This document shows positions 19,674-29,945 of a DNA stretch of 64,000 bases, in pieces (the stretch's first letter is position 1; each line of letters starts with the position of its first letter). Below the pieces are notes generated by a model. The model saw nothing but the letters and a program-made list of their open reading frames with translations. It ran no database searches and was not told where the DNA came from. A program made the translations under genes and the position numbers. Location of the stretch: assembly GCA_035288045.1 (NCBI GenBank), contig DATEBA010000012.1, forward strand, positions 15,979 through 79,978. The letters run 5' to 3'. Source of the DNA: Actinomycetota bacterium. Its GTDB lineage: Bacteria > Actinomycetota > UBA4738 > HRBIN12.

Positions 19674-21893
19674 GTGGCGACGACGAAGCGCCGCGGGTCG
19701 TCCAAGAGCTCGTTGAAGAAGAAGAGGACCCCGGTGCGCCAGCACCTGGCACCCTGGGCGCGCGACGCCCTGGGAGTCGGCCTCGTGGTCGCAGCCCTTC
19801 TCGCGGTTCTCGCGCTGTGGTTCGATGCGGCCGGTCCGGCGGGAGGCGTGATCGAGTACGTGCTCCACGGGACGATCGGAAGCGCCGCCGTGATCTTCCC
19901 GTTCCTCGGCTTCTATTGGGGCGTGCTCTTGCTCCGCGGGACGGCCGAGGACGACCGGGTGCGCATGTTCATCGGCTTCGCGATCGCGGTCGTGGGGATC
20001 CTTGGGCTCCACTCGATCGTGAACGGCAACCCGAGCCCGGCCTCAGGCTACTCGGGGATCCGGGACGCCGCCGGGATGCTCGGCGCGATCGCGGCCTGGC
20101 CGCTCTCCAACGTCGTGTCGGCGATCGGCGCCGGCATCGTCTGCGCCGGCCTGGCGTTCCTCGGCATTCTGATCTTCTCGGGAACCCCGCTCGCCACGGT
20201 GTGGGAGAGGTTGGGCGAGCTCCGCGAGGAGCTGGCCGAGCGACAGGACGCCCGGATAGCCCGCGAGGAGGAGCGGGAGAAGGAGGCGATGCGCCGACGG
20301 GCGGTCCGTGACGAGGAAGAGGAGGGTCCGACCGTCGTTCTCCCCGAGCTCTTCGACGAGGAGGAGCCGGAGGAAGAGGAGGAGCTCGAGATCCCGCCGC
20401 GCCTGGTCCGAGCGGCCGAGGCCGAGCAGCCGGAGGAGTACGAGCTGCCGCCGCTCTCGTTGCTGCGCAAGGCGCCTTCTTCTTCGGCAGACGGGCGGGA
20501 CGAGGAGCACACCATGGAGGCCCTCGAGCGCACGTTCGTCAACTTCGGCGTGCCGGCGCGGGTGCCGACCGCGCACCGCGGGCCGACGGTGACCCTCTAC
20601 GAGGTCGAGGTCGAGGCCGGAACCAAGGTGCACAAAGTGCTCTCGCTGGCCGACGACATCGCCTACGCGCTCGCGACGCCGGACGTCCGCATCATCGCTC
20701 CTATCCCGGGGCGGTCGGCCATCGGCGTCGAGGTCCCGAACAAGGTGCGCGACTTCGTGACCCTTGGCGACGTGCTTCGCTCCAGGTCCGCAAAGGAGGC
20801 GGCAGACCCCCTGTCGGTCGGGCTGGGCAAGGACGTCCACGGGCGGACGGTGATGGTGAACCTCTCGGACATGCCTCACCTGCTCATCGCCGGCGCGACC
20901 GGGGCGGGCAAGTCGTCGCTGATCAACGCGTTCGTGACGTCGATCCTCATGCGAACGACTCCCGAGGAGGTGAAGCTAGTCCTGGTCGACCCCAAGCGCG
21001 TCGAGCTGTCGCACTTCGCCGACCTGCCGCACCTGCTGTCGCCGGTGATCGTGCATCCGAAGCGCGCCGCGGAGGCGCTCGAGTGGGTCGTCCGGGAGAT
21101 GGAGCTGCGCTACGAGATCCTGGCCACCGTCGGGGTTCGAGACCTGGACGGCTACCACGAGGGACTCGAGGAGGGAACCCTTCGCATCCCTCCCGGGCGA
21201 GAGGATGACTTCGAGCCGCTGCCGTTCCTGCTGGTAGTGATCGACGAGCTGGCCGACCTGATGATGGTCGCTCCGCGCGCCGTCGAGGACGCGATATGCC
21301 GGATCGCGCAGATGGCCCGCGCGGTCGGGATCCACCTGGTCGTGGCCACGCAGAGGCCATCGGTCGACGTGGTCACGGGGCTCATCAAGGCGAACATCCC
21401 CTCGCGGATCGCGCTGATGACGTCGTCCCAGGCAGACTCGCGCGTGATCCTGGACATGAACGGTGCCGAGCGCCTGGTCGGCCACGGCGATATGCTTTTC
21501 GCCCCGTCGAGCCTCTCCAAGCCGCTGCGCCTCCAGGGCGCGTTCGTGACGGAGGCCGAGATCCAGGCGGTAACCGAGTTCATCCGCTCGCAGCGCGAGC
21601 CGGAGTACGCGACGCACGTCGAGGGGCTCGGGAAGCCCCCCGCCGAGGACGAGGACCTGGGCGGCGACGACGAGCTCCTGGAGCAGGCTGCCGAGTTGGT
21701 CATCAGCTCGCAGTTCGGGTCGACGTCGATGCTCCAGCGCAAGCTCAAGGTCGGCTTTTCGCGCGCGGGGCGCTTGATGGATCTGCTGGAGCAACGCGGG
21801 ATCGTCGGGCCGTCGGTGGGATCCAAGCCGCGCGACGTGCTGATCACGTGGGAGGAATGGGAGGAGTCCCGCGCCGCCCACACGGGGTCCTGA
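19674..21893 (+). CDS. ftsK: DNA translocase FtsK/SpoIIIE
   Basis: N-terminal TM helices, an acidic linker, Walker A (GATGAGKSS) and a C-terminal gamma wHTH domain. Confidence 0.9.
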   Translation: MATTKRRGSSKSSLKKKRTPVRQHLAPWARDALGVGLVVAALLAVLALWFDAAGPAGGVIEYVLHGTIGSAAVIFPFLGFYWGVLLLRGTAEDDRVRMFIGFAIAVVGILGLHSIVNGNPSPASGYSGIRDAAGMLGAIAAWPLSNVVSAIGAGIVCAGLAFLGILIFSGTPLATVWERLGELREELAERQDARIAREEEREKEAMRRRAVRDEEEEGPTVVLPELFDEEEPEEEEELEIPPRLVRAAEAEQPEEYELPPLSLLRKAPSSSADGRDEEHTMEALERTFVNFGVPARVPTAHRGPTVTLYEVEVEAGTKVHKVLSLADDIAYALATPDVRIIAPIPGRSAIGVEVPNKVRDFVTLGDVLRSRSAKEAADPLSVGLGKDVHGRTVMVNLSDMPHLLIAGATGAGKSSLINAFVTSILMRTTPEEVKLVLVDPKRVELSHFADLPHLLSPVIVHPKRAAEALEWVVREMELRYEILATVGVRDLDGYHEGLEEGTLRIPPGREDDFEPLPFLLVVIDELADLMMVAPRAVEDAICRIAQMARAVGIHLVVATQRPSVDVVTGLIKANIPSRIALMTSSQADSRVILDMNGAERLVGHGDMLFAPSSLSKPLRLQGAFVTEAEIQAVTEFIRSQREPEYATHVEGLGKPPAEDEDLGGDDELLEQAAELVISSQFGSTSMLQRKLKVGFSRAGRLMDLLEQRGIVGPSVGSKPRDVLITWEEWEESRAAHTGS

Positions 21894-22080
21894 CGGTCGA
21901 ACCGGCGTCCACAGCCGCCATCACCGCCAGGTGCTGGACCTTGCGCGCGGCGTGGCTGTCAAGGACGACGAGGTCGTGCCAAATACGAACGCCGTCTGGC
22001 CGAGAGAGGGATTGCCCGACACGCTAAGTTGGCGGGACAATTCTGCGACCCAGAGGGATTTGGTCGAAACGACGCCACAG

Positions 22081-22467
22081 ATGAGCAAGAGGACCCGACA
22101 CCGCCGTTGGCCGGTAGTCGTGCCGTCACTGCTCGTTCTGGGGATCCTGCTTTGGGCCTCGTCTTCATACTTCTTGGGCATGTTCATGGGCGCCCGCAGC
22201 ATCCCTAGCTTGCAGATCGTGAACAAGACGGACCAGACGATCTCAATCTTCTACCTCCTTCCGGACGGAACGGAGGCAATGTCGATCGAGATTTCTCCTC
22301 ATACTGTGGCGGACGCACCCATCACCTGCGGGAAGAATGAGATCGTCGCGCGGACGCGAAGTGGCGCCGAAGTGGCACGTCGCGGTCCCTTCCCTGATTG
22401 CAACTTGGAAAGGTGGTCATCGCCGCGCCGCGCTCGGGATGAATCCGTTTCCAGACCGGTCAAGTAA
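22081..22467 (+). CDS. Small membrane-anchored hypothetical protein in a low-GC patch
   Basis: ATG at 22081 (MSKRTRHRRWPVVVPSLLVLGILLWA...), one TM helix. Local GC is visibly lower than flanking DNA. Confidence 0.4.
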   Translation: MSKRTRHRRWPVVVPSLLVLGILLWASSSYFLGMFMGARSIPSLQIVNKTDQTISIFYLLPDGTEAMSIEISPHTVADAPITCGKNEIVARTRSGAEVARRGPFPDCNLERWSSPRRARDESVSRPVK

Positions 22468-22523
22468 CTGAACCGCTTCGGGCCCGCTGGTTTGTCACAT
22501 GCGGGGGCGCCCGGCATGCTTGG

Positions 22524-24314
22524 GTGAGGCTTGGCCAGCCCCCGTCGGTAGCCCTAGGGGATCTGTTGAGCGAGCAAAGAAGCGTTTTCGTCCGCGGCAT
22601 GCGGATCATCTGGTCCTACGTGAGGACCCACCCGGTGCCATTCGCCGTAGCGGTGAGCGGGGCGGCTGTCTACGCCGGCGCAACGGTCGCGAGCACTGTT
22701 GTCCTGGGCAAGGTCACCGACGGGGTCATCACCCCGGCATTCCGCGGGCGGGTGAGCACCGGGACGATCCTGTGGGGCGCGGCCGCGGTGATCGCCGTCG
22801 GGCTCGTCCGCGCGGCCGGGATCGTCGCCAGGCGCTACTTCGCCGGCATGACCGGCGCGCGCATGCAGCGCACCCTCCGCGAGCAGGTCGTGGAGCGCTA
22901 CCGGGCGCTTCCCCTCGCCTACCATCGCGCCCGCCCTACCGGTGAGCTCCTCGCGCACACCCAGGCCGACGTCGAGGCAGCGACCGAGGTCCTGCATCCG
23001 CTCCCGTTCTCCACCGCGGTCGTTCTGCTCGTCGTGTTCGCGGTGGTCTCTCTCCTCGTCACCGACCTGTTCCTAGCCGCGATCGGCCTCGCGGTCCTGC
23101 CCTTCCTTGCCGAGCTGAACCGCGTCTACTCCAGGAAGGTGGAGGCTCCCCTCGGGCGCGCGCAGGAGCGGATCGGCGAGCTCGCCTCCGTGGTCCACGA
23201 GAGCGTGGACGGCGCACTGGTGGTGAAGACGCTCGGCCGGGAGCCGACCGAGGTGGCCCGCCTCGCGGCAAAGGCAGACTCCGTGCGAACGGAACGCGTC
23301 GCGGCAGGACGCCTGCGGGCCGCGTTCGAGCCTCTGTTCGAGACGTTGCCGAACCTGGCCGTCGTCGTGCTCCTGGTTGTCGGCGCGTGGCGGGTATCGA
23401 CCGACGCGATCACCGTCGGCGACCTCGTCAGGTTCGTGAGCCTGTTCCTCCTGCTCGCGTTCCCCGTCCGCGTGATCGGGTTCGCTCTATCGGACGTTCC
23501 CCGCGCCGTCGTTGGGCGAGAGCGCCTCCAGGAGGTCTTCGACGAGCCCGTGACCCTGCCCCCGGCTGTCGAGGCGCTGCCGCTGCCCGGGGGCTCACTC
23601 GACGTGTCCGTCCGGTCGGTGAGCTTCTCCTACGGCGACTACCGGGTCCTGGACGACGTCTCGTTCGATCTGGCTCGGGAAGAGTCCGTGGCCGTTGTCG
23701 GGCCGACCGGTGCCGGCAAGACGACTCTTGCGGAGCTGCTCGTGCGCCTGGCGGACCCCGACTTCGGGTCTGTCCGGCTCGGAGGTGTGGACCTCCGCCA
23801 CCTCGATCCCGCGGAGCTTCGTGCCGCCGCGGCCATCGTGTTCCAGGAGAGCTTCCTGTTCGCCTCGACGGTGGGCGAGAACATCGCGCTCGGGCGGCCG
23901 ATGGGTGACGAAGAGGTCGTGCACGCCGCGCGGCTCGCGCAGGCCGACGGGTTCATCGGGGGCCTGCCCGACGGTTATGAGACGGTCGTCGGCGAGCGAG
24001 GCGTGACCCTGTCGGGCGGCCAGCGCCAGCGGGTAACGCTGGCCCGAGCGCTCGCCGGCCGCCCGCGGCTGGTGATCCTCGACGACGCGATGTCGTCGGT
24101 AGATCCGACCGTCGAGGCGGCGATCCTCGCCGGGCTCCGCGGCGCGCTCGGCGGGACGACCGTCGTCGTGATCGCCCACCGGCCCGCGACGATCGCTCTC
24201 GCGGACCGGGTGCTGTTCCTCGGGCGGGGAAGGATCCTGGCGGAGGGGACCCACGAGGAGCTGCTGGCTCGCCCGGAGTACGCGGCCATCGTGCTCGCGA
24301 AGGAGCCGGTGTGA
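22524..24314 (+). CDS. ABC exporter, fused permease/ATPase subunit 1 of a heterodimeric pair
   Basis: Six-TM domain plus an NBD with Walker A (GPTGAGKTT), LSGGQRQR signature and Walker B (LVILDDAMS). The internal ATG at 22599 is an alternative start. Confidence 0.85.
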   Translation: MRLGQPPSVALGDLLSEQRSVFVRGMRIIWSYVRTHPVPFAVAVSGAAVYAGATVASTVVLGKVTDGVITPAFRGRVSTGTILWGAAAVIAVGLVRAAGIVARRYFAGMTGARMQRTLREQVVERYRALPLAYHRARPTGELLAHTQADVEAATEVLHPLPFSTAVVLLVVFAVVSLLVTDLFLAAIGLAVLPFLAELNRVYSRKVEAPLGRAQERIGELASVVHESVDGALVVKTLGREPTEVARLAAKADSVRTERVAAGRLRAAFEPLFETLPNLAVVVLLVVGAWRVSTDAITVGDLVRFVSLFLLLAFPVRVIGFALSDVPRAVVGRERLQEVFDEPVTLPPAVEALPLPGGSLDVSVRSVSFSYGDYRVLDDVSFDLAREESVAVVGPTGAGKTTLAELLVRLADPDFGSVRLGGVDLRHLDPAELRAAAAIVFQESFLFASTVGENIALGRPMGDEEVVHAARLAQADGFIGGLPDGYETVVGERGVTLSGGQRQRVTLARALAGRPRLVILDDAMSSVDPTVEAAILAGLRGALGGTTVVVIAHRPATIALADRVLFLGRGRILAEGTHEELLARPEYAAIVLAKEPV

Positions 24315-26092
24315 GCGAGCCGACTCCTCCGACCGAGGGCGCGCTTCGGGTTCTGCGTCGCGGACTCCGCGACTCGCCGGCTCTCCGCCGCGGCTTTCGA
24401 TTCACGGTCCTGCTCGCTCTGGTGGTGACCGCGGGGCGGCTCACGATCCCCGTGCTCATCAACCTGGTGATCGATCGGGGCCTGTCGGGGCCGGACGGGT
24501 ACCGGCCGGGGTTGGTGCTCGTCCTGGGGGCCGCCGGCGCGGCCGTCTCGCTCCTCGTCTATCTCGCGGGGCGAGTCGCCTACACCCGGCTAGTGAAGGC
24601 CAGCGAAGCGGCGCTCCGCGACCTGCGTGTGCGGGCGTTCGAGCACATCCACGAGCTCTCGATCGCCGACCAGAACGAGCAGCGCCGCGGAGCCTTCGTG
24701 GCCAGGGTCACCTCCGACATCGACGTCCTCGCCATGTTCATGGAGTGGGGCGCGATCTCGTGGGTGGTGTCGCTCTCGATCATGACGGGCGCGCTCGCGC
24801 TGATGTTGTTCTTCTCGTGGTGGCTGACGCTCGTGGTGATCGCGGTGGTGATCCCGCTCGTGTTCGTGATGCGGGCGATGCAGCGGGGGATGGCGACCGC
24901 GTATAACCGCGTGCGCGACCGGGTGGGCGAGGCCCTCTCGGAGGTCTCCGAGTCGGTCATGGGAGCCGCGGTCGTCCGCGCCTACCGTCTGGAGGACCGG
25001 ACCGAGGCGAAGGTCAAGGAGGCGATCGGACACCAGTACCGGGCCCAGATGAACGCGAACCGTTACATGGCCATGATCTTCCCGACGGGCGACCTGTTCG
25101 GCTCTGTGGCCGTCGCCGCATCGGTCGCCCTCGGCGCATGGTTGGGGCCCGGCCACGGGCTCACGGTGGGTTCCCTGGTCGCCTTCCTGTTCCTGGTGGG
25201 CGTCCTGATCGAGCCACTCTCGGAGCTGTCGGAAACCTTCGACACGACCCAGAGCGCGATCGCCGGGTGGAGGAAGGTGCTGGGGCTGCTCGACCTGCCG
25301 GCCGACGTCACAGAGCCGTCTCCGGGCCAGCCCCTAGCGTCGGGGGCGTTATCCGTTGCGGCGCAGGGCGTGGAATTCTCTTACCGCGACGGTGTGCCGG
25401 TGCTTCGCGGGATCGACCTCGAGCTTCCCGCCGGGACTCACGCCGCGATCGTCGGCGAGACCGGATGCGGCAAGACGACGTTCGCGAAGCTCCTGTGCCG
25501 TCTTGCGGATCCGACGTCCGGGCGCATCCTCCTGGGCGACGTGGATCTCCGTGAGGTCGTGCGGCGGTCCCGACGCGACTCGGTCCGTATGGTGGCCCAG
25601 GACGGTTTCCTCTTCGACACCACGATCCGGGAGAACGTCCGCTACGGGCGCGAGGACGCGACCGACGAGGACGTCGAGCGTGCCTTCAATGATCTCGGTC
25701 TTGACTGGTGGGTTCGCCGTCTCCCCGAGGGGCTGAACACGCCGGTCGGCGAGAGGGGCGAGGGCCTGTCGGCGGGGGAGCGTCAGCTGGTGGCGCTCGC
25801 GCGCGCGCTGCTCGCGGAGCCGGGGCTCCTGATCCTTGACGAGGCGACGAGCGCGGTCGACCCCGAGACCGAGCGCACGCTGGCGGTGGCCATGGAGCGG
25901 GCGTCTGCGGGGAGGACGACCGTAGCCATCGCGCACCGGCTCTCGACCGCGGAGGGCGCCGACATCGTGCTCGTCTTCGATAGAGGCAGGATCGTCGAGC
26001 GCGGGCGGCACGATGAGCTCGTCGCCGCGGGCGGCATCTACGCGTCCCTCTACGAGAGCTGGCTCGGGAACGCGCATGCCCGACGCCTATAA
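24311..26092 (+). CDS. ABC exporter, fused permease/ATPase subunit 2
   Basis: Same architecture (GETGCGKTT, LSAGERQLVALARAL). Start overlaps the stop of subunit 1. Confidence 0.85.
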   Translation: MSEPTPPTEGALRVLRRGLRDSPALRRGFRFTVLLALVVTAGRLTIPVLINLVIDRGLSGPDGYRPGLVLVLGAAGAAVSLLVYLAGRVAYTRLVKASEAALRDLRVRAFEHIHELSIADQNEQRRGAFVARVTSDIDVLAMFMEWGAISWVVSLSIMTGALALMLFFSWWLTLVVIAVVIPLVFVMRAMQRGMATAYNRVRDRVGEALSEVSESVMGAAVVRAYRLEDRTEAKVKEAIGHQYRAQMNANRYMAMIFPTGDLFGSVAVAASVALGAWLGPGHGLTVGSLVAFLFLVGVLIEPLSELSETFDTTQSAIAGWRKVLGLLDLPADVTEPSPGQPLASGALSVAAQGVEFSYRDGVPVLRGIDLELPAGTHAAIVGETGCGKTTFAKLLCRLADPTSGRILLGDVDLREVVRRSRRDSVRMVAQDGFLFDTTIRENVRYGREDATDEDVERAFNDLGLDWWVRRLPEGLNTPVGERGEGLSAGERQLVALARALLAEPGLLILDEATSAVDPETERTLAVAMERASAGRTTVAIAHRLSTAEGADIVLVFDRGRIVERGRHDELVAAGGIYASLYESWLGNAHARRL

Positions 26093-26127
26093 TCGCTGCT
26101 GGTCCGACCCAACCCGAGGAGTTCCGC

Positions 26128-26823
26128 TTGCAGGATGCGAAGACCGGGGTCGGCTCGACGCTCAGGAAGGCGCGGCTCGTGCGAGGCGTGAGCCTCGATG
26201 AGGCGAGCCGCGACACGAGGATCCGCCCCGACGCGCTGACCGCGCTGGAGGATGAGGACTTCGGCGCGCTCCTCGGCGACGTCTACGTGCGCGGCGCCAT
26301 CCGTTCCTACGCCACGTACCTGGGTCTGGACGGCGCGGACCTGGTAACCACCTACGCGCTCGGCGCCGGCGAGCCGCCGACCGCGCAGCCGCCGCCGTTG
26401 CACACGCGTCGTGCCGTTGGTGAGAGGCGGCCCGGCAACCACCGGCTGGCGTTCATGGTCGCGGGAGTGCTGCTCGCGGCCGCGGCCGCGTTCGGGGTCA
26501 TCTCGACGCGCGAGGCCGCGCCACCGCCTTCGTCTCTCGAGACGGCACCGCCGGTCGCCGAGGTGGCCACCGAACCGGTGATCGACCTCGCCATGGTGGC
26601 GCACGGCAAGGTGCGGGCCATCGTCGTCGTCGACGACGGAGTTCGCGAGGTGCTGACGCTCGAGCCCGAAGAGCAGCTCGCCTTCGAGGCGGTGGAGTCG
26701 ATCAGGGTGCGCTTGGCGCGCGGCAGCCTCGTGGAGGTCACCGTGAACGGCGAGGCCCTGGGCGCTCCCGGCGTCCCGGGGAAATCCTGGGAGCAAACCT
26801 TTTTCGCGCCGGCGACGCCATGA
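26128..26823 (+). CDS. RodZ-like protein (XRE HTH + TM + DUF4115)
   Basis: N-terminal HTH (LRKARLVRGVSLDEAS...), a single TM helix and a C-terminal DUF4115-like beta domain. Translationally coupled to cinA. Confidence 0.65.
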   Translation: MQDAKTGVGSTLRKARLVRGVSLDEASRDTRIRPDALTALEDEDFGALLGDVYVRGAIRSYATYLGLDGADLVTTYALGAGEPPTAQPPPLHTRRAVGERRPGNHRLAFMVAGVLLAAAAAFGVISTREAAPPPSSLETAPPVAEVATEPVIDLAMVAHGKVRAIVVVDDGVREVLTLEPEEQLAFEAVESIRVRLARGSLVEVTVNGEALGAPGVPGKSWEQTFFAPATP

Positions 26824-28082
26824 GGGCGGAGATCCTCGGGATCGGGACCGAGATCCTGCTCGGCCAGATCGCGAACACGAACGCCCGATGGATGTCCGAA
26901 CGGCTGGCCGAGATAGGCGTGGACGTGCTCCACCATCAGGTCGTCGGCGACAACGTCGAGCGCATCGCAGAGGCGTTCGGGCTGGCGCTGTCGCGCTCCG
27001 ACGTCGTGATCGCGACCGGCGGCCTGGGTCCCACGCAGGACGACGTCACCCGCGACGGCCTGGCGACGGCGCTCGGGGTGGGGTTCGAGCGGCATCCCGA
27101 GATCGAGGAACTACTTCGGCAGAAGTTCGCGCTCCTGGGCCGCGAGATGCCCGAGTCGAACCTGCTTCAGGCCGACGTGCCCGCGGGAGGGCGCTACATA
27201 GCGCCGAAGCGCGGGACGGCGCCGGGTCTGGTCTGCGAACTCGACGGCAAGCGCGTGTACGCCGTGCCGGGGGTGCCGGCCGAGATGCGGGAGATGATGG
27301 AGGAGACGATCCTGCCGGAGCTCCGACTCCTCGCCGGCGACGCGGCCATCGTCTCGCGGGTCCTCCGGTGCACCGGCATCGGCGAGTCGCGGGTCTCGAT
27401 GCTTCTGGACGACCTGTTCCACCTCTCCTCCAACCCGACGGTCGCCTATCTCGCGTCGTCTGGAGAGGTAAAGGTCAGGCTCACCGCCAAGGCCGACACC
27501 GCCGCCGAGGCCGAGACGCTGATCGAGCCGATCCTCGACGAGGTCCTCATCAGGCTCGGCGACTTCGTCTTCACGGCGCGCGACGAGTCGCTGGAGGAGG
27601 CGGTGCTGCGGTTGCTTCGCGAGCACGGAAGGACGCTCGCGTGCGGGGAGTCGCTCACCGGCGGTGAGGTCTCGGAGCGGCTAACCTCGGTTCCAGGCGC
27701 GTCGGATTCCTTCCTCGGGTCGGCGGTCGCCTACGTCTCCGAGGCCAAGCGCTCGGTCCTGGGCGTCTCGCGGGAAATCCTCAACGTGGACGGACCCGTC
27801 AGCGAGGCCTGCGTGAGGGAGATGGCGGCCGGCGCTCGCAAGGTCTTCGGCGCGGATGTTGGCCTGGGGATCACCGGGGTTGCCGGCCCCGATGCGCACG
27901 GCGGCCACGAGCCGGGATCGGTCTGGGTAGCGATCGACGCGGACGACGTGCATCACGCCAGGTTCTTCCTCGCGCCGGGGGACCGCGACCAGATACGGCG
28001 GTGGGCCTCGCAGGCTGCCCTCGACCTCGTGCGCCGGTACCTGGAGGGAAGGCCGCTTCCCGACGCCGATCGGATCATCTGA
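26820..28082 (+). CDS. cinA: Competence/damage-inducible protein CinA (MocF-like + CinA C-terminal domain)
   Basis: MRAEILGIGTEILLGQIANTNA N-terminus and a C-terminal CinA deamidase domain (ACGESLTGG). Confidence 0.85.
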   Translation: MRAEILGIGTEILLGQIANTNARWMSERLAEIGVDVLHHQVVGDNVERIAEAFGLALSRSDVVIATGGLGPTQDDVTRDGLATALGVGFERHPEIEELLRQKFALLGREMPESNLLQADVPAGGRYIAPKRGTAPGLVCELDGKRVYAVPGVPAEMREMMEETILPELRLLAGDAAIVSRVLRCTGIGESRVSMLLDDLFHLSSNPTVAYLASSGEVKVRLTAKADTAAEAETLIEPILDEVLIRLGDFVFTARDESLEEAVLRLLREHGRTLACGESLTGGEVSERLTSVPGASDSFLGSAVAYVSEAKRSVLGVSREILNVDGPVSEACVREMAAGARKVFGADVGLGITGVAGPDAHGGHEPGSVWVAIDADDVHHARFFLAPGDRDQIRRWASQAALDLVRRYLEGRPLPDADRII

Positions 28083-28666
28083 TGGCCCGGGACCGCGCAT
28101 CCCGGCCGGAGGCCCGGCCGCTGCGTCTGTTCGTCGCGATCACGATCCCGGAGCGGGTCAGCGTCGCCCTGGCGGACGCGATCGCGCCGTGGCGCGAGCG
28201 TTTCCCGAGGGCACGGTGGGTTCCTCGGGAGAACGTGCACGTGACCCTCAAGTTCCTGGGGAGCACCTGGCCGCGGCTGCTGGAGTGGGTCGTCGAGGAG
28301 GTCGGCTCGGCGGCGTCGGCTCGCGTCCGGTTCGAGTCGAGGCTGGAGGGCCTAGGCGCCTTCCCCTCTGAGCGCCGCGCCCGGGTCCTTTGGGCGGGGC
28401 TGCACGATCCCGACGGAAGGATGGCCGCGATGGCCACCTCTCTCGACGAGGCCCTCGCGCGCGAATTCGCGCCGGAGAAGCGGGGCTTCACGCCGCACCT
28501 GACCGTCGCCCGTTCGCGGCCTCCTCTAGAGCTCCCCCGGGGGTTCGCGGAGACCTCGGTCGAGAGCGAGCCGTTCGTCGTCGAGCGGCTGGTTCTCTTC
28601 CGGAGCCACCTGCGACGGCCGACTCCCCTCTACGAGCCGCTCGACGAGTTCGCCCTCGGCGGATGA
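28082..28666 (+). CDS. thpR: RNA 2',3'-cyclic phosphodiesterase (2H family, ThpR/LigT)
   Basis: Two H-x-T-x motifs (HVTLKFLG and HLTVAR). ATG overlaps the cinA stop. Confidence 0.8.
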   Translation: MARDRASRPEARPLRLFVAITIPERVSVALADAIAPWRERFPRARWVPRENVHVTLKFLGSTWPRLLEWVVEEVGSAASARVRFESRLEGLGAFPSERRARVLWAGLHDPDGRMAAMATSLDEALAREFAPEKRGFTPHLTVARSRPPLELPRGFAETSVESEPFVVERLVLFRSHLRRPTPLYEPLDEFALGG

Positions 28667-28690
28667 AGCCGCGTGTTCGCCTCCTTGACC

Positions 28691-28706
28691 TCGAACATAC
28701 GTTCGA
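28691..28706. promoter_or_regulatory. LexA operator (Cheo/SOS box) upstream of recA
   Basis: Perfect TCGAAC-ATAC-GTTCGA palindrome (GAAC-N4-GTTC) immediately after a TTGACC -35-like hexamer, 130 bp upstream of the recA ATG. Confidence 0.8.
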
Positions 28707-28835
28707 CTAGTCTCACCCTGGTTGCGGCTTCGTAATGACAGTGGTGTGATTCGTGTCAGACCCCCGGGCTAGGGTCCGGCCGAAGGGTTCGCCCGGATTG
28801 CGGCCTCGCGGGCGAGGGGAAAGAAAGGGGCTTCG

Positions 28836-29939
28836 ATGGACCGCGACAAGATGCTGGACGTGACGCTCTCCCAGATCGAGAAGCAATTCGGGAAGGGCGC
28901 CGTGATGAAGCTCGGTGAGCACCCGGCGGGGCAAGGCATAACTGTGACCCCGACGGGGGCGCTAGCGCTGGACATCGCGCTCGGTGTCGGTGGCATACCC
29001 AGGGGGCGGGTGGTCGAGGTCTTCGGCCCCGAGGGCTCGGGAAAGACCACCGTCTGCCTCCACATCATCGCCGAGGCACAGCGGCACGGCGGCATCGCGG
29101 CCTTCATCGATGCCGAGCACGCGCTTGACCCGACCTACGCGCGGACCCTCGGCGTGAACATAGACGAGCTCCTGGTCTCCCAGCCCGACTCCGGCGAGCA
29201 GGCCCTCGAGATCGCCGACATGCTCGTGCGCTCGGCGGCTCTGGACGTCGTCGTCATCGACTCGGTGGCGGCGCTCGTGCCGCGCGCCGAGATCGAGGGG
29301 GAGATGGGCGACTCGCACGTCGGGCTGCAGGCGCGCCTCATGTCCCAGGCGATGCGGAAGCTCTCCGGGTCCCTGTCGCGGTTCGAGACCACGGCCATCT
29401 TCATAAACCAGCTTCGCGAGAAGATCGGCGTGATGTTCGGCAACCCCGAGACCACACCCGGCGGGCGCGCGCTCAAGTTCTACTCATCGGTTCGCCTCGA
29501 CGTCCGCAAGATCGAGAACCTGAAGGATGGGACCGAGGTGGTGGGGTCGCGTACGCGCGTGAAGGTCGTGAAGAACAAGGTGGCGCCGCCGTTCCGGCAG
29601 TGCGAGTTCGACATCATATACGGCAAGGGCATCTCGAAGGAAGGCTCGCTCCTGGACGTCGGCGTCGATCTGGAGATCATCAAGAAGTCCGGCGCCTGGT
29701 TCACCTACGAGGGCGAGCAGCTCGGCCAGGGTAAGGAGAACGCTCGTCAGTTCCTGGCGGAGCACCAGGACATGGCCGACGAGATCGACAGGCGGATCCG
29801 GGAAGGTGTGGGTCTCACGGCCTTCGAGGGCGCCGACGAGCCGATCCAGGTCGACCCGGAGGTCGTCGTGCCCGAGGCGTCTCCGGAGCAGGCTGCTAAG
29901 TCAAAGCTAAAGGAGCCCGAGCCGCAGGCGGCGAGCTGA
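28836..29939 (+). CDS. recA: Recombinase RecA
   Basis: Canonical RecA sequence (GPEGSGKTT Walker A, L1/L2 loops), 367 aa, no intein. Confidence 0.97.
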   Translation: MDRDKMLDVTLSQIEKQFGKGAVMKLGEHPAGQGITVTPTGALALDIALGVGGIPRGRVVEVFGPEGSGKTTVCLHIIAEAQRHGGIAAFIDAEHALDPTYARTLGVNIDELLVSQPDSGEQALEIADMLVRSAALDVVVIDSVAALVPRAEIEGEMGDSHVGLQARLMSQAMRKLSGSLSRFETTAIFINQLREKIGVMFGNPETTPGGRALKFYSSVRLDVRKIENLKDGTEVVGSRTRVKVVKNKVAPPFRQCEFDIIYGKGISKEGSLLDVGVDLEIIKKSGAWFTYEGEQLGQGKENARQFLAEHQDMADEIDRRIREGVGLTAFEGADEPIQVDPEVVVPEASPEQAAKSKLKEPEPQAAS

Positions 29940-29945
29940 GGCGCG

